A DNA stretch of 63,914 nucleotides, the filler included, from Octopus bimaculoides (taxonomy: Eukaryota), in NCBI RefSeq assembly GCF_001194135.2. It is 10 parts of 7 records of this genome, joined end to end, with 100 filler letters (N's around TTAATTAATTAA, not from the genome) between each part and the next. Parts side by side here need not be neighbours in the genome. Positions count along the whole stretch, not along the records: positions 58,867 to 63,914 come from NC_068989.1; 9 more parts are not named here. One strand, written 5' to 3'. The notes under the pieces are model-generated. The model was not told the origin of the DNA, did no database searches, and saw only the letters and a program-made list of their open reading frames with translations. Position 1 is the stretch's first letter. Every line of letters starts with the position of its first letter. Below are positions 60,284 through 63,914 of this stretch, one piece after another. Both the position numbers and the translations under genes were made by a program.

Positions 60284-61939
60284 AGGACATTTAGTAACGT
60301 GGATGGAATCGCCTGAAATAGTCTTTCTGGCTCTCTGCGGTCTGAGTTCAAATACCACCAATATCAGCATTATGTGTTTTTCGATAAGCAAAGCATCGGT
60401 CCAGAAACGGGCTCCATTCTTCTCTCCTATTTTCTCTGGATAATACGTCCAATGCAAATGTCCAGCTTTGTTGCATTGTGTCACACTGATTCGACTCGAG
60501 GCTCGCGTTAAGAGTATGTGTGCCAGTGGAATATTCATTTTTTTACATTTTAATTTCACGAATAGAAATTCTATTAGAAGGACAACTGAAAGCTTATCGT
60601 CGAAACCGACGGAGAACACACCAATATTACTATTTGCTAAACTATTTTCATTCTGTATTCCCGAATCCAAAACTTAATGATTGTCGTAGTTTTCAAAGTT
60701 AAGTGTCAGTAAGCAAACGATTACTTACATTCTATCGTAAGTGGAGTTCATGAAAAACTTGAAAAAGTGTTATTATAGCGCGCCATCTCAAAAACAATAC
60801 TTCCTAGATAATCATTGTCTAGAATAAATGAATTTTTAGCCTGAAACAAAATTAAGGTACTTTGATTTGTGTCGGGAGCATTTTACTGTTGATTATAATT
60901 TCAAACATGCCTTCAGCTCATAATGTTGTTAGCACAATCATTTACTTACACTTCAAGCAAATCGAAGATTGAGTCTCACTTCTCGACGACATAGTTGTGT
61001 GAGTAAAGGTAAAGAAGCAAATAAATAAATAAATAAATTAAAACAATAAACGATTAAAAAACAAACTCGATGAAGAATTGCTTTCTACTTCAAAATCTTT
61101 TCGGAAAAAGATACAACACTTTTTCACTTTATTTCTAATTAGCTTTCAATTGTTCAATTTCATTTTCGTTCAAATAGCTCAACATCTGTACACGAAATTA
61201 TATTAGTTAAAACAATTTCTATTTTACAGTAACTATTTACCCTACCATTCTAACTATAACACCACATCAATCGCGTAGGGTTTCTCTTTATTTCTAGCAG
61301 CTCATACACGTATTTATGTTCTTAAGGTTCTTCTCTGTCTTAAGTTAGTCACAATAAAACTACAATTAAATTCTGGTCCGTTTTACTTAAAGTCGTCTGT
61401 TATTTCAATTTAATTATAAGAAACCTTAGAACTGTCTGCCACTTTAAGATAATCAAAAAGCTCGAATCAATTAGTATCACAATTTAGTTATAGAAACATT
61501 CCGTACATCTAGCGTTTCTGTCAGAGAAATGGACAGAACGGAATTATGATTATTTACTTAATCACTAAACTTAGTCGTTTCAAGCTATTTATAGCCAAAG
61601 TGTAAGCAATGGCTAGCAGAATAAGTAGAACAGAGAGTTAAGTATCTGAGCTCTGAGTTCAAACACCACACGAGTCGTTTTTGCCTTTAGTATTCCTTGG
61701 AATGGGTTAATAAAAATAAATAACAGGCAAGCATTTGCCTTTTCAATCGACCATTAAAATTCTGATTTTACTGCACAGGAAACAAAGCTCAAACACTGGA
61801 ATTTAAAAGTGTAGACATGGCTGGATGATTCAGAAGTTTTGTGTTACAGCTGCACGATTTTGCGTTCAATACCGTCACACAGCACCTTTAGTAAGTAATT
61901 CCTATCAGTTCCTAAAATCTCCTCATTAACTTTCAGCAG

Positions 61940-63210
61940 ATATGGAAGACGAAGCAGTGACCAATTGAGTGGTCCCAATCACTTATGATGCCCATTCCTA
62001 AGAAAGGCAACTTAAGGCTCTGCCAGTATTACAGAGCAATCAGCCTAATTAGCAACCCTAAACAGACTTAAGGCTTAAGGGGAAGACAAAAGAAATTCTT
62101 GCAGAAGAACAGACAAGATTTAGGTCTAACAAAGGAGTACTGTGGAGCAGATATTTAACATTAGATTGCTCACTGAGAAACATCTGCAACACCAATCTGA
62201 TGTCTATCACGAGTTCATCAATTTTAAAAAGGTCTTTGACCTTGTTTGACTTGATGGGTTATGGCAAGTGATGAAGAATTACAACTTCGATAACAGCCTC
62301 ATCAAAGTAATCCAAGCACTGTATTAAAAGTTAACCAGTGCAGTTCTGATCAACAACACCAAGGAATTCTTCAGGACAACAGTGGGTGTTCGACAAGGGT
62401 GTCTCCTCTCTTTAGTATTTTTTCAACATCTTCCTGGAGGATATCATGCAGGAGACGCTTCAAGACATCCATCCCTCTGTTTCCATTGGAGGGCGGCCCA
62501 TTTCCAGTCTACGCTTTACTGATGATATTTACCTATTTGGAAACAGTGAAGCAGAACCACAGTAGCTCACCTCAAGACTGGAAAAAGTTATCAGGATGGA
62601 GATGAGCCCAATCAGCGCAAACGGAGAGAGAATTGAAGGGGATACCTTGAAGTACTGAGGATCCACTGTGACTAAGACGACAGATCTCAAAAGGAAATAA
62701 CAGCACAACTCACTTTAGCCTCTGCTGCCATGACAAAGCTGAACAACATATGGAAGAGCAATTCCATTAGTTCTCCAACAAGATTCAGGATGCACAACAC
62801 CCTGGTGACTTTGATCCTTCTGTATGGTGAGAACCGATCTCTTACAGCTGACATTGAGCGAAGAATCCACACGTTTGAGTGTAAGTGTTTCAGAAGGCTG
62901 TCACACATCTCGTACATAGAGCACAAAACGAACAGCTTTGTCAGGCTGCAAGTCAACAAATACGCTAGCAGACAAGAACCACTCCTTGCGTAAAAGACGA
63001 AAGATTGCCTGTCAAAGTTAGGAATCCTACCACAACTCCCACTCCAAAACTGTTCTACAGGGATCAGTTGAGTGAGGGTGAAAGTGAGGCTGATAGAGAA
63101 AATCCTGATTCAACAACATCAAGAACTGGACAGGTCATAGCTTAACGACTCTACTATGCATCAGAACTGAGACCAGAGGTGATGGCTGACTATGGAAGCA
63201 GCTAGAGTAG
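61940..63210 (+). mobile_element. Degenerate RTE/BovB-type LINE RT and C-terminus
   Basis: PIPKKGNLRLCQYYRAISL...EQIFNIR...FKKVFD...GVRQGCLLS..FFNIFLE...LRFTDDI...LLYGE...ERRIHTFECKCFRRL. Confidence 0.88.
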
Positions 63211-63865
63211 CACGCATCCCAACGACTGGCTATATCGGTTAAGAGATCTTGATGATGATAATGATGATGATATATATATATGTGCACGTGCGCGCGTATG
63301 CGTGCGTGGGTGTGTGCATACACAAGTGCATATATATTTATATATAATCAGTAACAGCAACAGAAGCAGCACTAATTCCAAAAGGTAATTTTTATCTCCC
63401 ATTTAAAGTGGATGTTGTGTTATAACAGAATACTGCGATGTTTACCATGAGAGGCCCTCTCATATAGACTTGTGGTACATAAGAGCACTCGTGCTTATAT
63501 CGCTAGCGGGTGATAACCGTTTCTATGACTGCTGGAACTGCCAGATCACATGATTTCAGCCTTCCTTGGTCTTGTGAATGACAGACGTCCAGCTAGACAT
63601 AGATGCCAAGTCCCCTGCCAGAGATTCATATTGAATCTCAGTGTCTATTCAAGTACTGTATTGCAAATAGTCAGAGTCGCTATTAATTATTTTTTTAATA
63701 AGCCCACTGTTAATATGTAGCTACAGACGTCTGTCATTGACACGGCCAGCGATGTAAACACGAGTGGTTTTAAGCACTGAAAGTCGATGTGAAAGGTTCT
63801 CTCATGGTAAATGACGCAATAATCTGAGTTATAACACATCTACTTTAAGTGGAAGATAAATATTA

Positions 63866-63914
<49 letters not shown>

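Noticed and set aside
60191-60670. 159-aa minus-strand ORF
   Set aside because: The last part is SINE sequence and the rest has no recognisable motif or splice pattern.

Overview
AT-rich, microsatellite-dense animal DNA with many assembly gaps. The SINE families and repeat load look like an octopod cephalopod scaffold; that assignment is inference. All recognisable coding exons are on the minus strand. (1) Four phase-consistent exons of a CD36/scavenger receptor class B gene (LIMP-2/SCARB2-like; 20994-20834, 20394-20256, 17434-17231, 15170-15079). Its N-terminal transmembrane exon and its 3' exons were not found. (2) Three paralogous phase 1-1 Sushi/CCP exons (43195-43028, 34107-33940, 30842-30681). 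(3) Upstream of these, a signal-peptide exon (53097-52818) whose C-terminal half resembles the start of a class C GPCR/ANF-receptor Venus-flytrap domain. These may form one unusual gene, possibly reading through into the CD36 exons. The rest is layered transposon debris: Gypsy, solo LTR, Tc1/mariner, RTE, Tx1, CRE-like, R4/Dong at (TAA)n, several MITEs/foldbacks and three SINE families. Other notable items are two Penelope-type hammerhead ribozyme motifs, a SINE-5S rRNA-SINE chimera, a USP His-box fragment in an AT-rich repeat-like module, and a foldback element with head-to-head telomere-like arrays. All protein and repeat family calls are by motif recognition; no database searches were run.
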